From the NCBI GenBank assembly GCA_028534125.1, contig CM052817.1, positions 1,738,001 through 1,802,000 on the forward strand: DNA of 64,000 bases, written 5' to 3'. The notes under the pieces are model-generated. The model made no database searches. It saw only the letters and a list, made by a program, of their open reading frames with translations, and was not told where the DNA came from. This document shows, piece by piece, positions 22,851-37,119 of this stretch. Origin of the DNA: Lama glama. Taxonomy: Eukaryota. The position numbers and the translations under genes were made by a program. Positions within the stretch are counted from its first letter, which is position 1, and every line of letters starts with the position of its first letter.

Positions 22851-25800
22851 GGCGTTACTTTGGATACTGTGTGTATGTCCATCTGTGAGTGACCCTGATC
22901 CCTCCGGTGCTGGCCGCGTGGTACAGAGCTTGTCCCCCAGCCTGGGGGGTCCTGCTCCCTGCTCCTCACCTGCCCAGGGCTCTTGGCTCCCTGGGTGGCA
23001 CTGCCTCCTACCTGCCTGCCTTACCAGCTTAGTGCCCCATTTCCTCCGTGTCTCCTCAGTAGAATGGAGGTTCCCTGAGAAGGTTCATGTTCTTCCCACT
23101 GTTCCATCCTCACCACGAAGGCACTTGGACAGAATTGGAATGGGTTGCCTCCGAAATTCATTTGTCGTGAGAGAGCTGGGCTATTCCTTCCCACGCTCGC
23201 TGCCTCCCTCCCGGCCTCAGGTCCCGCGACCCCCGCCCTCTGCCCTGCTGCCCCTGGATCTGTATGACCCTCAGAAGTGAGCAGATCCCTCTAAGTATTA
23301 TTATAAGATTAAATGAAATAATACACGGAAGGAACTTAAAATCGTGTCTGGCACACAGTAAGAGGTGAAAGATGTTCCCTGGAGTGTTGTTGCTATCTGG
23401 TCCTTCTAGGGTAGAGAGAAATGGCTTAGCATGACATCAAGGCTTTCTGAGAATCTGATCCCAGTCTCTCTCTCTCTCTGGTTTAAGCTTCGTTTGCTTC
23501 CCTCCGTGTCCCCTTTCCGGCTACCGTGGACTGCTTGTTGGGTCAACCACCTGCCTTCTATGTACCGTGGCCCATAGGTTATTCCAAAGAATTAAAATCT
23601 GGTGTAGCAGTATAATATTACAGTTGCGTGTGTTCCACAAGCAAGGAGGCACCCTGCGCTGAGCACATTCTGCCGAGGGTGGTCTTCCAGGTATTTTGAC
23701 AGAGCTGTTTGCTTTCTCCGGTGTCCTTTGCTGCTTCTCAATCTTACCCGCTGTCGTCCTTTGTGATTTCCATCGTGTCCTCTTTCTTTGCTTTCTTTCC
23801 TGTTTTATTGTTGTAGCTCCTTGAGGAAGGCTCAGGTGTCCACAGTGTCCCTCCGACTTGTTACATTTTGTCACTAATGTTTTATTCATCTCAGAGGCTT
23901 TCTGGTGTCTCCTTCCTGGTGGGACTGTCGCTGGGTGTCTCCAGATGTGGGCCAGCCTTCAGTAGTCATGTGTAACACTTGCTGCGGCCTCTACATCTTT
24001 GGCCTGGGAAAATTTAATATATATTTAGTCATACGTAAAATCGACATAAATATGATCTATGTATATAAGGTTTACATAGTATTTATTACATACATTAAAA
24101 TTCAAAGGAAAGGCCGGATGTCTCTGTCTTCCCCTCCTCCATTGTACCAGGACTCCCCTTTGAATTCCTGTGAGACAGACCCTTAACTTTCTGGAGTAGT
24201 CTTCTGTGTCTCGGTGTCCTCTTGTGTTTTCTGTTTGCTTTTGGCCATTCATTTTAGGAGATTTCCTTATTATCCAGGTCAACACCCGTGCTTTAACACA
24301 CATGCAAAGTACTGTCCAGCCCGTCCCACGATGTTCTGTTGTTAATCCTGTTTTTAGCTTGTAAGCACGCACTCTTGTTCTGCGATTGCGTCTCTGTCAT
24401 GTTTGGGGCTCTGGTTTTACGGTTCTGCCAGTCCCTGCAGGCTCTGGTCTCTCTAGAGGATATTAGGGTTTTAAAAGATAGGTTTCTGTTGTCTGAATGA
24501 GCTTTTCTCCTGGTTCAGTTTTTCTGCCCTGTTTTCTGGTTTTGGTTGTCACCCCTGCTTTCGCCCTGTGTCTAGAGACCTGAGATTGTTTCTTCAGGTT
24601 TATACTAAGGGCTGAGTTTCTTTGTGCGAGTGTGACCTGGCTTCCTCTGTGGTTGCGTGGTTTGGTCTTCCTGGGCACCCCCTCTTGGATGGACTTCTGG
24701 AACCGGGCTGTGCCGGTGCTCGGCCTGGACGGGGCCTGCGTTCCAGGACCGACCGGGATCGCGTTAATTCACTTGGCCAGCAGAGCGAGTCAGTCCCTCC
24801 AGTTGTGCTTTGTCCCCCCGCCCCCCTCCGCCCCGGGGTCCCAGAATCTCTCTTGGCAGATACCCACTTTCTGCAAAGTGGCTTCCGCCTGAAAGAGAGG
24901 TCCCTTGGCCGGCAGTTCGCTCAGGCCTGGGTGGGGCTCCCACCTCATCGGCTTTCTCAAACTTCTGACTCCTGAGGGCGTCGTGTATTCATTTTCCACG
25001 TCAGGTTTCGTTCTGTTTGTTGTGGTTTTGTCTTGGGTCCTCAGCAGAAGCCTGGGCGAGAAGGTCAGGAGACCTGAGCCCCGCCTGCTTGTCCTCAGTG
25101 GACACTGGGCACATTTCTGGGCCTTCAGATGCGGGAGGGAAGAATGAAAACCTCTCAACTTTTAAACCTTTTGACTGCCTTGTGTCTTTTGTTTTTTAAG
25201 TGCAGTTGAGGAGTGGCCCTCAAGTAAAATGTGGTAGCAAAACTGGACAAAGTGGGTTGTAGAAGTTTTGCAAAACTATTGCTCGTATTTGTTGAAACAA
25301 GCAATCATGTACTGGCAACCGAAATGTTTATATCCCTGCCTGCATTTTCCATGTGCAGACTCAGTGCTCCAAGACAGGAGTTAGGCTCCTAGGTGTGCGG
25401 GGCACTAACCAGCCCTTTCCCTGAGGAGCTTGTCACGGCTGGCTCGCGCTTCATGCATTTTGCTTAACACCTTAGCTTTGGGAGTACCTGACATCATTAT
25501 ATTCACGTCAAGTGCAGAGCTGCTGTGAGGGAGCCGCTGGTTTTCTTGCCTGTTTTGGGCATAAGATTTTGCTTTCCATCCCTTGTGACACTTTGACTGA
25601 ATATCAGTGCTTCTTCCTCAAAATAGTGCTTGGTGTAAGATGAGATATACAACATATCTTCCCACCAAAAAGAAAAAAATAAGAACAGTTTAAAAATCGT
25701 TAAGCATATATAATATTTGTAACTTGCAAAAGAATAGAATGTTATCAAAATGAAAAAGAGTTTTAAAAAATCTAGTTTAGTACATTCCCATGGTGTATTT

Positions 25801-26113
25801 CACATGCATGTAATTTGTGCCAAACACATGGAGTGGGCGGAGTGGTGGAAGGCCAGACGCAGACCCCTTTCTGGCCCCCCAGGTTCCCGGAAGTGCCACC
25901 CCCCGCCCCCAGCATCTTTCCTTTGTGAGGGGAGCAGGGACCGTCCCCACGTACCTTTCGTTATCAGTTCTTCCAGATACCGTTGGATCTGCCCCAGTGG
26001 GCACTTTAATTTTAAATATTCATGATAACCTAGTACAAACTAGTGAACAAAACAGTGGGTTCAAAACCAATCCTGCAAGCACTGCTTTGACTTGTGTCAG
26101 GTAAAAGAAGTAG

Positions 26114-26293
<180 letters not shown>

Positions 26294-27640
26294 TGAACCC
26301 CTCAGCCGTGTGCTTTTGATAATTAGAAACGAACATGAGACCTCTCTGAGTTAATTAGACCTTGGCAGTGAGGTAAGAGTGGATAAACTGGCGTCCTGGT
26401 GTCGTGTTCTCTTGGTTTTCTTGGTGGGTAGAGTGTGCCTAGTGGTGGTTCATGCAGGTGACATCTCAGGTCCTGGGGATCAAAGGTACTTACTAAAGAG
26501 CCTTGAAACGTGCTGCTTTAACTTGTAGGAAGTTTGTACAGCTAATTCAGACAGTGCTCGCACAGCTGCCTGAGAGGTATGTGGACCCAGCAGTGCTGTC
26601 TGCTGAAAGCACTGGCCCAGAAGCACACGGAGGAGGAAGGCTGGTGTAAGACGGACGAGCACACTGGATGGAACTGACTATGATTTATACGTTTTCCAAT
26701 ATTCCTGTGTATCCGGTTTGATATTTACTGTGATTTCCTTTCAGATAAAGAAATTTTGCGTTTCTAAAACGTTTGAGATACGGCTGGCAAGCCTAGAAGT
26801 TTCAAAACTATGAAACTCAGAAGCAGCTTAACAGAGAGTTGGCAGAACGTACTAGGAAGTCTCTCTCACTTTTAGTTATTGGGACCAAGGTTATGGCACT
26901 TCCTCTCCCTGTTTTGGCCTGTCCTGGTTATATCGTCAAGTTGTACTGACTGTTCACTACGTGCAAAATACTATTCTCTGTCGTTTGTTTTTATTCGCCT
27001 TTTCTCTCTTTTTCACATAGCTTGTTAAAACAATGTATTTATTCAGAAAAACATGGGCGGTTCTTGCCTGTTCTGTTGTTTGCTCCCTACGCCTTGGAGC
27101 TCCCCAGCCCTCCCTTCCCAGTACCTTTGCTGGGATAAGACGAGGCTTGCTCAGGAGGCAGCCGTTTGCTGCCAAGCAGGATGTCAGAGGCGGTAGGGCA
27201 TGCTCCTTGGTTCAGGAGTGGGATGTAGACATGTCTTCGCGTGTTGGTTCTGTTTGCCAAGCTGCCATATTTTAAGAGTTTAGGGACCTACAATTCTTTA
27301 TTCTAAAATGGCCAAACTGCGACGTGAAGGCTTTTTCAGGTTCCCGTCTCCTGACGCTGTCGTGATGCCTCCTGGTCCCCGGCGCCCACCCACTGGCTGC
27401 ACGCAGGTTTTGTTCCTGGCCTGTTGTGGTTTTGCTGGTAGCTTGTGGGTGATAAGTGATGCCTGCTTATGCCATCCGTGCAGCATTTCCTGCTCTGACT
27501 TTGCCTGTGCTGGGGGACTGCGGGCTCTGTGAGCTTCTCTAGTGGAGAGACGGCATCTTGCCCGTGTCCCCTTGTGGCACCTGACGTGCTTGTTTGCTCT
27601 GTTCCCTGCGCAGTGCTTGTTGAATGAATGAATGGCATGT

Positions 27641-28022
27641 GTGTCAGTCAGGGTCCAGTGAGAGAAACAGAAGCAGTAAGAGTTATAGATACATTGCAGA
27701 GGATTGGCTTGCACGACTGCGAGGTCTGGCTAAGGAAGTCTGAAACCTGCAGGACAGACCGTCAGGAGGGGCAGGACAGAATCTCCAGAAATGGGGTGAA
27801 GCTGCTGTCCTCAGGCAGGATTTCTTCTAGAAAGCCTCAGCTCTGTTTTTAAGGCCTTTCAGCTGATTGAATCAAGCCCACCCAGCTTGCCTAGGGTGGT
27901 CTTCCTTACCCCAGAGCCAGCTCTGGCCGTGTTTACACATACCGCCAGAACGACAGCTGGATTAGCGTTTGCGTAACTGGAGACTATTGCCTGTCAAGTT
28001 GGCACATCAGAATACCATCACG
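27641..28022 (-). mobile_element. ERVL LTR (MLT2-like)
   Basis: Minus strand begins near GTGATGGTATTCTGATGTGCCAACTTGACAGG, resembling the MLT2 5' end; internal aaggcctttcagctgattgaatcaagcccacccag. Confidence 0.7.
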
Positions 28023-28604
28023 GAATCACAGCACTTTCTTTTCCATGAATCGCATGCCATGTAATATCCAGAACTCCCAGGACTTGAGTTTAACAGTCTT
28101 TAGGTGAACAGTGTGCTGGCCACTAGTCACAGTGAACACTGGGCGCAAAGCTGGCTCTGGCCAGGTGGTCAGCCTGCTGGTCACGGCCCCTGTGCCGTGC
28201 CTGTGAAGGATGTGATTGGGTTCCGACCCTCGAGGACTCTGTCTTGGAGTACTCTTGATGCCTTCAGAAGCGCAGCTCCCTCTGGTCTTTACTTCCTCCC
28301 TTCTCTCTTCAGCTGTGTCTGGCTTTGAGCATCACTGCTTTTCAAAGGCCCCAGCTTGCAAATCCAGGCTGCGCCGAGGCCTCCTTGCACTAGTCTCCCC
28401 GTCTGTTCACACTGCTGAGTGGCTGCTCTTGAAATTCTCTTACCTGGGCCTTTGTGATCTCCTCTGCTTTGTTTTTTCTTATCTCTGTTTTCCCGATCTT
28501 CTTCCTTCCTTATCCTTTATAGATGTTTGCATACTGATCAGGTTCCGCTTTGACTTTTCCTCTGTTTTCCGACCCGTGGAGTGTTGTCCACTCTAACGGT
28601 CTCT

Positions 28605-28668
28605 CACCTGACACCTGCGTGTGGGTGACTCCCACGCACCTGACATCTGCGTGTGGGTGACTCCCACT
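28605..28668. repeat. Two-copy 32-bp tandem repeat
   Basis: cacctgacacctgcgtgtgggtgactcccacg / cacctgacatctgcgtgtgggtgactcccact (30/32 identical). Confidence 0.9.
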
Positions 28669-29021
28669 CAGACTGCCCTGGGGGCTCTGCATGCAGGTGT
28701 CCAAGTGCCTCTTGGCTGTTCCTGAAGTGCCATTGTGTAGAACAGACCAAGCTGTCTATTAACCATTTTATTTGGCCACATTCAATGGCTGAAGCTAAAA
28801 TAGGACATAGTGTTATGGCGTGTGTTGCTCTACTACATTATTAATCCTTTGAAAATGTTTTTTTCCACTCATGGCCATTAATTTCCCAGATTATCAATAG
28901 AGCTGCTCTCTGGTTCCTAGGGCACCAAGTCAATTCCACAGGCCAGAGAATTTTTGAAACACTGCAAAGTCCGTGAAGAAGCTTATGTAATACTTTTCTT
29001 TTCTCTCCTCTCTACAATCAG

Positions 29022-29099
29022 GCCAAATATGAAGTGGCTGCTGATGAGGACCGAAGAGATTGTGGGCTCTTGGTGTTAGACACATTTTTCTATGAGGAG
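29022..29099 (+). CDS. GRK4: GRK4 exon 4 (78 nt)
   Basis: aatcag|AKYEVAADEDRRDCGLLVLDTFFYEE|gtttgt. Confidence 0.93.
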
Positions 29100-31141
29100 G
29101 TTTGTTTTCTTCTTTAGCCATAAAGATTTATAAGTAACTTACTTAAATGACTAGAGTGCATAGCCATTGTCACTTTGTTGGAATATGTATGTTAAAATCT
29201 TCAGTTTCTTGTTAATGTTCCTCCTCTGCATTTGCTCTTGATTCGCTGAGGATATCAACAATTGAATCTCTTAGAAAATTGGTTCAAAGAATTTTAAAGT
29301 TTTTATGTTTCCTCAAACAGAACATAAAACTAGAGAATTTTATTGGCCTCTCTTGGACTGAAAATAACATCTTTCTCCTAAAAGGTTTAATGGGTCTTAG
29401 TTTTTATACTTTTGGATTCACTTGGTTCTTGCTGTTTAGAAAGTCCCTGAAATGACAGTGGCAACCTGCCTTCTTCAGGTGGCTCGCCTTCTGTGGGCCA
29501 CTGGAGGTCCTAACCCTGGGCAGGCTCCTCTGCTGTTGGCCCGAGGAGAGCAGCAGCAGCAACAGTAATGGCTGACATCGCGTGAATGCTGCCCTAAGCC
29601 TTGTGTGTGTGGCACATTACAGACGCTCACAGCAAGGCTATGAGGGGCGTATATCATTAGTCTGTCGTCACACGATAGGATTGAAAATCAGAATAGTTGT
29701 GTGGTTTACTGAAGGTTACACGGCTAGCAAGTGCCCGAGCCAGGAATCAAGCACGCAGATTGTGGTTGTGGAATAGTGTGGTGAGACTGGGTTCAAAATA
29801 TTCAGATTTTGAGCCCAGCTAATGAAGGTGGTAGGGCCACCAAGTAGGGGAGCTGATTGGTACAAAAGATTGAATGTCAGAAGGAGAGGCCAGGGGTCTC
29901 TCTAGCTGCCATGGAGGTGCACCCACAGCCAGTGGGTGTGGGGATGTGATTCAGACCCAAACAGGTTTTCACTCCAAAGCTTGGGTCTGCCTCAGCCTCC
30001 AGCCTCAGTACCATGGCCACAGATCGTTCTTTGACGCACAGCCGTTAACAGCATCTGCATGCTTGTAGCTAAGCTGGGGGCACTATAATTGGGAGGCGCA
30101 GGAGAGAACTTTCACTTATCTAGATTTAAAGATCGTTTTTAGTAACTTATTTTTCCCTCTTCACCTTCCCTGAAAAAATACTCATGTAGCAAGGTAAGTT
30201 ATCAAGAAGAAAGACCTAATTTGAAAGGTTACTGGTGTGGATGTAGCAAATGCGGGAAGGGAAGGGAGCAGCGGACGTCCCTCTGCAGCTCAGTAGTGCT
30301 GAGAGACGTGCATGGGCTGCCTGAAGATGCTGTAACATGAATGTGTGTTTTTGTTTTTGTTTTCTTTGCTTACTTGCCATTAACTGGGGAAACTATTCTT
30401 GTGCTTTACTGAAAAAAGCAAAAAACAAAAAAGCCACAGTCACATCATCACTGTAGTTGTTTTTGTTGTCTTCTTTCTTTAAGAAAAGCAAGTCTCTTTC
30501 TTTTATCAAAAAGGGAACTCCTTTACTCAGATTTCAACAAGCCAGAATACCTGAAGCACCTAAAAATAAGGCAAGACTACACATGTTCAATCTTGTATTT
30601 CTTTATCCTTTCGCTCAGTCATTCAAGTTTTTCTTAGTTTCCTTTTTCAAGATTCCCAAATACTAAAATTCAGCCAAATTTGATTTACAATTTAGAAAAA
30701 TCATGCTCAAAACCGAGTGGGATTTATCCCAGGAATGCAAAGTTGGTTCAATATCTGATAAGTAATCTGATACATCACATTAATAAAGCACCAAAAAACT
30801 CCATGTGATTATCTTACTAGAGGCAGAAAAAGCATTTGACAAAGTTCAAAGACTCCTTTATAATGAAAGCACTCAACAAATTAGGAATGAAATGGAACTT
30901 TCTCAGCCTGTTGCAGGACATACACAGACTGCTCACAGCTGAAGTCGTAGTTAAATGTGGAGAGTCAGACGCTTTCCCCCTGAGATCAGCAACGAAGTGA
31001 GGATGCTCTCGCCACTTCCACCTGATACTGTGCTGGAAGTTCCAGCTATTACAGTTAGGGCAGTTAGGCAGGAAAAATAAAAGATAACCAGACTGAAAAG
31101 GAAGAAGTAAAACTGTGTATTTGCAGATGACATGACCTTGC

Positions 31142-31503
31142 TGTCTTAGTGCATTTAGGATGCTGTGGCATAATGCCACAGACTGGGTAGCTTATGAACA
31201 ATACAGATTTATTACTCGCAGGTCTCGAGGCTGGGAACTCCAAGATCCTGGTGCCAACATGGTCACCTTCTGGTGAACGCCCTCTTCCTGGTTCATAGCC
31301 AGCACCTTCCCACTGTGTCCTCACTGGGTGGAGGAGGCATGGGATCTGTCTGGAGCCTCTTTTATAAGGGCACAGGTCCCACTCATGAGGGCTCCGTCAT
31401 CATGATCTGAGCACCCCCCAAAGGCCCCACCTCCCAATGTCATCACTTTGGGGGTTAAGATTTCAACATATGAATTTAGGGCTCACACGTTCAGATCATA
31501 GCA
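31142..31503 (-). mobile_element. MaLR solo LTR (MLT1A-like)
   Basis: 362 bp; minus strand begins TGCTATG...AAATTCATATGTTGAAATCTTAACCCCCAA and ends CTAAGACA; 5-bp TSD cttgc/cttgt. Confidence 0.85.
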
Positions 31504-31780
31504 CTTGTATACAGAAAATCCTGAGACATCCACACACACCTGGGGATAAAACTCCTAGAGCCAATAAATGAGTTCAGCAAGGCTGCAGGATGCTGGGTCA
31601 CGATACAAAATTCAACTGTATTTCTGTACACTAGCAATTAAAATCCAAAAATGAAATGAAAGCAGTCCCACTTTCAGCACATAAAAAGGAATAAAATAGG
31701 TGTAAATTTAACGAGAGAAATGCAGCACTTAATACACTGAAAATTTCAAAACATCATTGAAGGAAATTAAAGAACTGTAA

Positions 31781-31880
31781 GGGGGGAGGGTACAGCTCAG
31801 TGGTAGAGCATGTGCTTAGCCTGCACAGGGTCCGGAGTTCAATCCCCGGTACCTCTGCCAAAAATAAAAATAAAAATAAA
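31781..31880 (+). mobile_element. tRNA-derived SINE (camelid Vic-1-like) inserted in an L1
   Basis: ggggggagggtacagctcagtggtagagc...gagttcaatccccggtacctc followed by (AAAAAT)n tail. Confidence 0.85.
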
Positions 31881-34179
31881 GAAAAGATGTAGTAAAATGG
31901 AAAGACATCCCCTGTTCCTGGGGGAGAAGACTGAGTATTGATCTGTACACTCAATATAAGCCCTGCCAAGATCTTAACTTCCTTTTTTTGAAAGTTAACA
32001 AGCTGATCCTAGAATTCATAGATGTACTAAGAGGATCCAGAATAGTTACAACAACCTTAAAAAGGAAGAACAAAGTTGGAGGGCTTACACTTCTCAATTT
32101 CAAAACTTACCTCAAAGCTGCAGTAACCAAGACAGTGTGGTACCGGCTTAAGGACAGACATACAGACCAGTGGAATAGTATTGGCAGTCCAGAAAGCAGT
32201 CAGCTGTCCTGCACTAAGGCTGCCGGGACGATTCAGTGGGAGAAAGAATAATCTTTTCAATACATGGTTCTGGGACAGCTGGGTGCACACATGCGGTGGA
32301 ATGAACTGGGCCCTGATCTAATACCACATACAAAAACTAACTTCAGATGGACCAAACACCTAGCTGTAAGCGCTAACACTGAACAGCTCTTAGAGGAAAT
32401 CTCATGACCTTGAATCAGCTATTTCTTATGACCTTGATTTAGATAGTGGTTTCTTAGGTATGACATCAAAAGGATAGCAACAAAAGAAGAAAGAGATAAA
32501 TTGGACTTCATCAAAATACAGTACTTCCAAATATATATACATATACAGTCCTTCCAAGAGCACTCTAAAGAAAGGAAAGGCAACCTGTAGAATGGGGGAA
32601 AGTATTTGCAGGTCCAGTATCTGGTTAGGGTGCGCTATCCAGCACATATAAAGAACTCTTACAATTCAACAATAAAAAGACAACTCAATTTTTAAAAAAA
32701 TAGTAAAGATACATATTTTAACACAGAAATAAGAGTGTATCTGCAGGGCCCGCCCACCTCTGCTTCCCCACCGATGGACGTTCCTCTCAGGGTTCTCTCT
32801 GTCCAGAACTTTAAGAGGCAAGGCGTTGACTTGTTTTGGTAAATTTTCCTTTGTAGCTACCTGTTCTGAAAAATAATTCTTGTTCCTTAATTTAAAGCCC
32901 CAGAAGAAGCCTCTGTTCCGCTTCCCTCATGGTTGGCGTCTGTCTGGCCAGGAGTGCTGGACCTGAACTTGCTTGCTTAGCTCACCTGGCTTCTCTGCTC
33001 TTGCAGGACTAGAAGCCCTGCTTCTCTTTTCTGTGGAAATAAATTTCTACTAAATAAAATTTTCCTAAGATCCTGAAAAGATCTCTGTTTGAAGTAAATC
33101 ATTAAATAGTCTTAAAAGAATTAACCTGCTATTTTAAGTAGCTTCAGGAAATTGAGACCTTTGGAGGGGAAATAATCCTATGGAAAATACTCAGAGCTAT
33201 GACTGTAAAACATGTCTTTTTGAGACAAGTGTTGAAATTGAATGGCTTTGTCTTCTGTGGAAATTTATCTTGTTTTCTGTTTTATCCTGTGCCTGGAACA
33301 ATGCATGTCTGTTGAGTAAATGAATGAACAGATCCTTTTCTGAAGTGGTGGAATGAATGGACCCACCTTACCGTTTGGCGGCCGTGCCCCAGAGAAGGCC
33401 GCTGTTTGCTGGGGGTGTCTCGGACCCTTTCGTAGCCTCTCAGGCCTCTTCCATCAGGTTGTTGTGAGGCTGAATGACAGTGAGTGCCTCACGTGTGTTG
33501 GACACCTTAAATGACAGCTAGTAATCATTATTAATTATAGAAATCTTAGTGGGTTTAGGGGAAAATGTGAGTTTTCTTGTGTGTTTCTGTCAGTAGTTCA
33601 GTGTCTTTGATGAAATAGCTGCTTTGATTTATAGAAACCACAAAATTTTGCTGTGGTTACACGGCTGCACCACAGCCAGAAATCAGTCTAGAATGCACGT
33701 CTCATTTCTAATGACAAGTTAGATGTACAATCGAATATGATCTGTGTATTTTTTCCAATAAATCTGGACCACAGTTCTGCTGTGTGTTTTCCCAGACCCC
33801 TCTGGATGAGGGTTAAGCAGTTGGGAGCCAGGCGCGTGGGGACGTGTTAGTGAGGACGTAGGGCAGTGGAGCCTTCTTGGAGGGTGGTTTTGTGACACAC
33901 GTCACAATCTAAAATGCATGAATCCTTTGAGCCAGTAGTTCTGCTTCTCCGAATCTGTCCTGCAACACACAGTTGTGCAAAGTTGTTCATAGCAGGAGTG
34001 TTTGCAGTGGAGAAAACCGGCAACAAGAACGTTTAAGAGACAGAAAGCTGTGATCTGGAAAGGCACACATCATTAACGGCTCTGCAGGTGTCGGCACAGA
34101 CACGCAAAACTGTACATTTATCCCATTTCCACGAGGAAAAACGTGTGTATTTCTGACTGTGTATGTTTACATTTTAAAT

Positions 34180-34700
34180 TATGGTTTAAAAAAAGTAACA
34201 TTGAGCATTTTAACCATTTCTAAGTTTGCAGTTCAGTAGAGGTAAGTACATTCACACTGATGTGCAGCCACCACCACCATCCGTCTCCTGAACCTTCTTC
34301 ATCTTGTGACACTAACTCTGTCCCCTTTAAACACTAACTCCCCACTTCCCCGCCCCCAGCCCTGACAACCACCATCTGCTTTCTGTCTCTGTGAGTCTGA
34401 CTAGTCTAGGGACCTCATATGAGTGGAATCATACAATACTTGTCTTTTTGTGACTGGTGTATGTCCCTGAGCATAATGTCCTCAGGGTTCATTCCTATTG
34501 TAGCAGGTGTCAGAATTTCCTTCTTTCTTCAAGGCTGAGTCATAGTCTGTTGTCTGGATAGACCACATTTTGCTTGTCCACCCGTCCATCAATGGACACT
34601 TGGGTTATTTCCATCTTCGGGATGCTGTGAACAATGCTACTGTGAACGTGGGTGTGCAGATGTCTCTCGGGGCCCCTGCTCATGCTCTGTTTGGATGCAT
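34180..34700 (-). mobile_element. Old L1M 3' end fragment
   Basis: ttttaaccatttctaag...cctcatatgagtggaatcatacaatacttgtctttttgtgactgg...tgtgaacaatgct. Confidence 0.8.
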
Positions 34701-34856
34701 AGGAGACAGTCTGGAGAGGAGGACAGCACACTGATCCCGGCAAAACGAGGCTGGGGTGGAGGGTGAAGGTGGCACTATGACTTGCTATTTCATACACTTT
34801 ATATTGTGGTTTTTTCACAATAAGCGCTAGGTTGTGTTTTACAGTTGGTAAATTAG

Positions 34857-35003
<147 letters not shown>

Positions 35004-36588
35004 TGAGTGACTGCGCCCAGCCCCGCCTCCACTGGGCGCGTTCTTCTGGCGGGCTCTCCAGTTCCCACGGCCACTTCCCAGAAAGGGGCAACTGAAGAGC
35101 TACAGGCACGTGCGCTTACTGACACGCCCACCCGGCCGTGCTGCTCAGCCTTCCCAGGTGCTTGTTCTTGGATGAGAAGCCTCCCCGAAAAGGTTTCTTG
35201 TCGACCTAGGTGCTCACTGAAAGCAGCTCTTCTACAGGTCTTTGCAGTATGGACAGAAAGTTCTGAGTCCGAGCACTGCAGCTGAACTTGGCTTCCAGGT
35301 GCCGTGTGATGTGATGTTCCCAGGTTCCAGGGGTTGAGACCTGGGTGTCTTTGGGTCACTGTTCAGCCCACCACTGTGCTGAGTCATTTGCCAGGGAGTG
35401 GACGTCCCAGGTGCTGTGGGGACACGCAATAGCACCTTGCCAGGGAAAGTTTGTCTTTGCTCCAAGAGCAGATAGGGTGATGCACTTACTGTGTTTCTAG
35501 AAGGCAGTTCTGGCGGCAGTTTAGAGGACAGTTAGAGACAGGGACAGTTGGGTCCAGGACACCAGCTTAGAGGCTGGGGCAGGTGTTCTGGTGAAATGTG
35601 ATGGTGCCTGGACCAGGGCAGTGACAGGGATCATGGAGAGGGGTGAATGGGTTTTAGAGAACTTGAGAGGCTGGTGAGCAAGGGGAAACTGTGGTCTGGG
35701 ACACGATGAGTTCGTGTCCCACCTCCTAACGCCATTTCCTGGGCAGGGTAGGTTTCAACGTAAGACTTGAGGGGACACACACAGTCAGGCCATAACACAC
35801 ATCATCATCATCAATATCTTTTTCAAAAACCGAGGACAAACGTGCCAGGGAATATGAACGTCTCTAGCCTTAAACTGGGGAGAAAGTGCACGTCGTGGGT
35901 TAGCGAGCCGGAGCCCAGCAGCTCCCGGGCCGCGTGGAGATGCGCGGCTCGTCAGCCGCCCAGCCGGTGGCGCCGGCAGGTCTGTGCTGCTCATTGTCAC
36001 TGCGGTGTAGTTTACCTCGTCGCTTAGAGTTCAGGGTTTTAGCAGTTGATGTCGTGTAACTTACCTAATAATTGCTTTCCCCCCCATGATTTCTCTTTTT
36101 ACATCTAAGAGCGTCTTTCAGCTTTCTACAGTTACCGTATGTTCCCCTTCCAGGCCTACGATTCTTCATCGATGGATTTGTTCACTAAATTTGCATTTTC
36201 AACCGTCTGATTAAGCAAACATACTCAGATTCTGTTCTGACGTTGAAAAACATGGGTTTTGTACGTGATGTATGAGGTGGATCAGAAATTCTGCCATCTC
36301 TGTGCATAAATTTCAAGATACAGACTTAAAAGTCGCTAATCTTTAGATGAGTTTTGGCACTCAGGCCTCTGTCTGTCTTGATTAGTCCATCCAGCTGATG
36401 ACCCCTCACCCCTAGATGTTTGTCAGCTGTCCTTGCCGTCAGCTGTGCAGGACATCGGCTCTTTGGCAGCTTCAGCATAATATTGTGTGGAATCTAGGAG
36501 TTTCAGTGTTTTCTGTTATTCTGTCTCATTTCTAAGTTGTTACAACGTTTATTTCCCCCCAAAGCTTCTCTCCTCATTTTTCGTCCCA

Positions 36589-36614
36589 GATGCGCATAAT
36601 GATGCGCATAATGA
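36589..36614. repeat. Perfect 12-bp tandem duplication
   Basis: gatgcgcataat x2 + ga. Confidence 0.85.
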
Positions 36615-37119
36615 ACGTAAACGATTCCTTTATGCTGCCTGGTGGTGGGCGTCAGGGTGAATATATTAAACACCAGCGCTGAACTGGAGCAGTTTTAAAT
36701 GTCAATTTGAAAAAAACCTGTGTGCAGTAGGTTTATATGCCAGACTAGGGAAGGGGGGCAGAGCCTGTTGTTTCTGAGGTGAGGAGTCTTGGGATGTGAT
36801 ATTGAGATACACTGGTAAGTTGACTACAGTCGTTGACTGTATTCATTTGCATAGACTGCCGAATAACGCAGGTGTATTAGAATAAATCGGTGTTTGTGTT
36901 GTTCTTTCATGGACATGCTTAACTACCTTTGTAAAGATGGTTTAACTGAACTGAGAGGATCAGAATTCTTAAACTGGTTCCTACAGGTTTGGAGTTGAGC
37001 TGCCCACAGGCTCCAGGGGAGAGGCGCCCGGAGGCCGGGGCCAGGCACCTCCTCACCCCCGAGGTAACTGAGGGCTTGGCCTCCGGGACGGTGTCTGTTC
37101 CAGGACTGGCGGAGTAGCG

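Larger units (their letters stand above)
30690..32720 (+). mobile_element. Degenerate LINE-1 ORF2 fragment (RT and C-terminal region), interrupted by an MLT1 LTR and a SINE
   Basis: GFIPGMQ.WFNI at ~30718, AEKAFDK at ~30823, FADDM at ~31119, KNKVGGLTL.NFKTY...KTVWY...DQWN in ORF 31988-32251. Confidence 0.9.
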
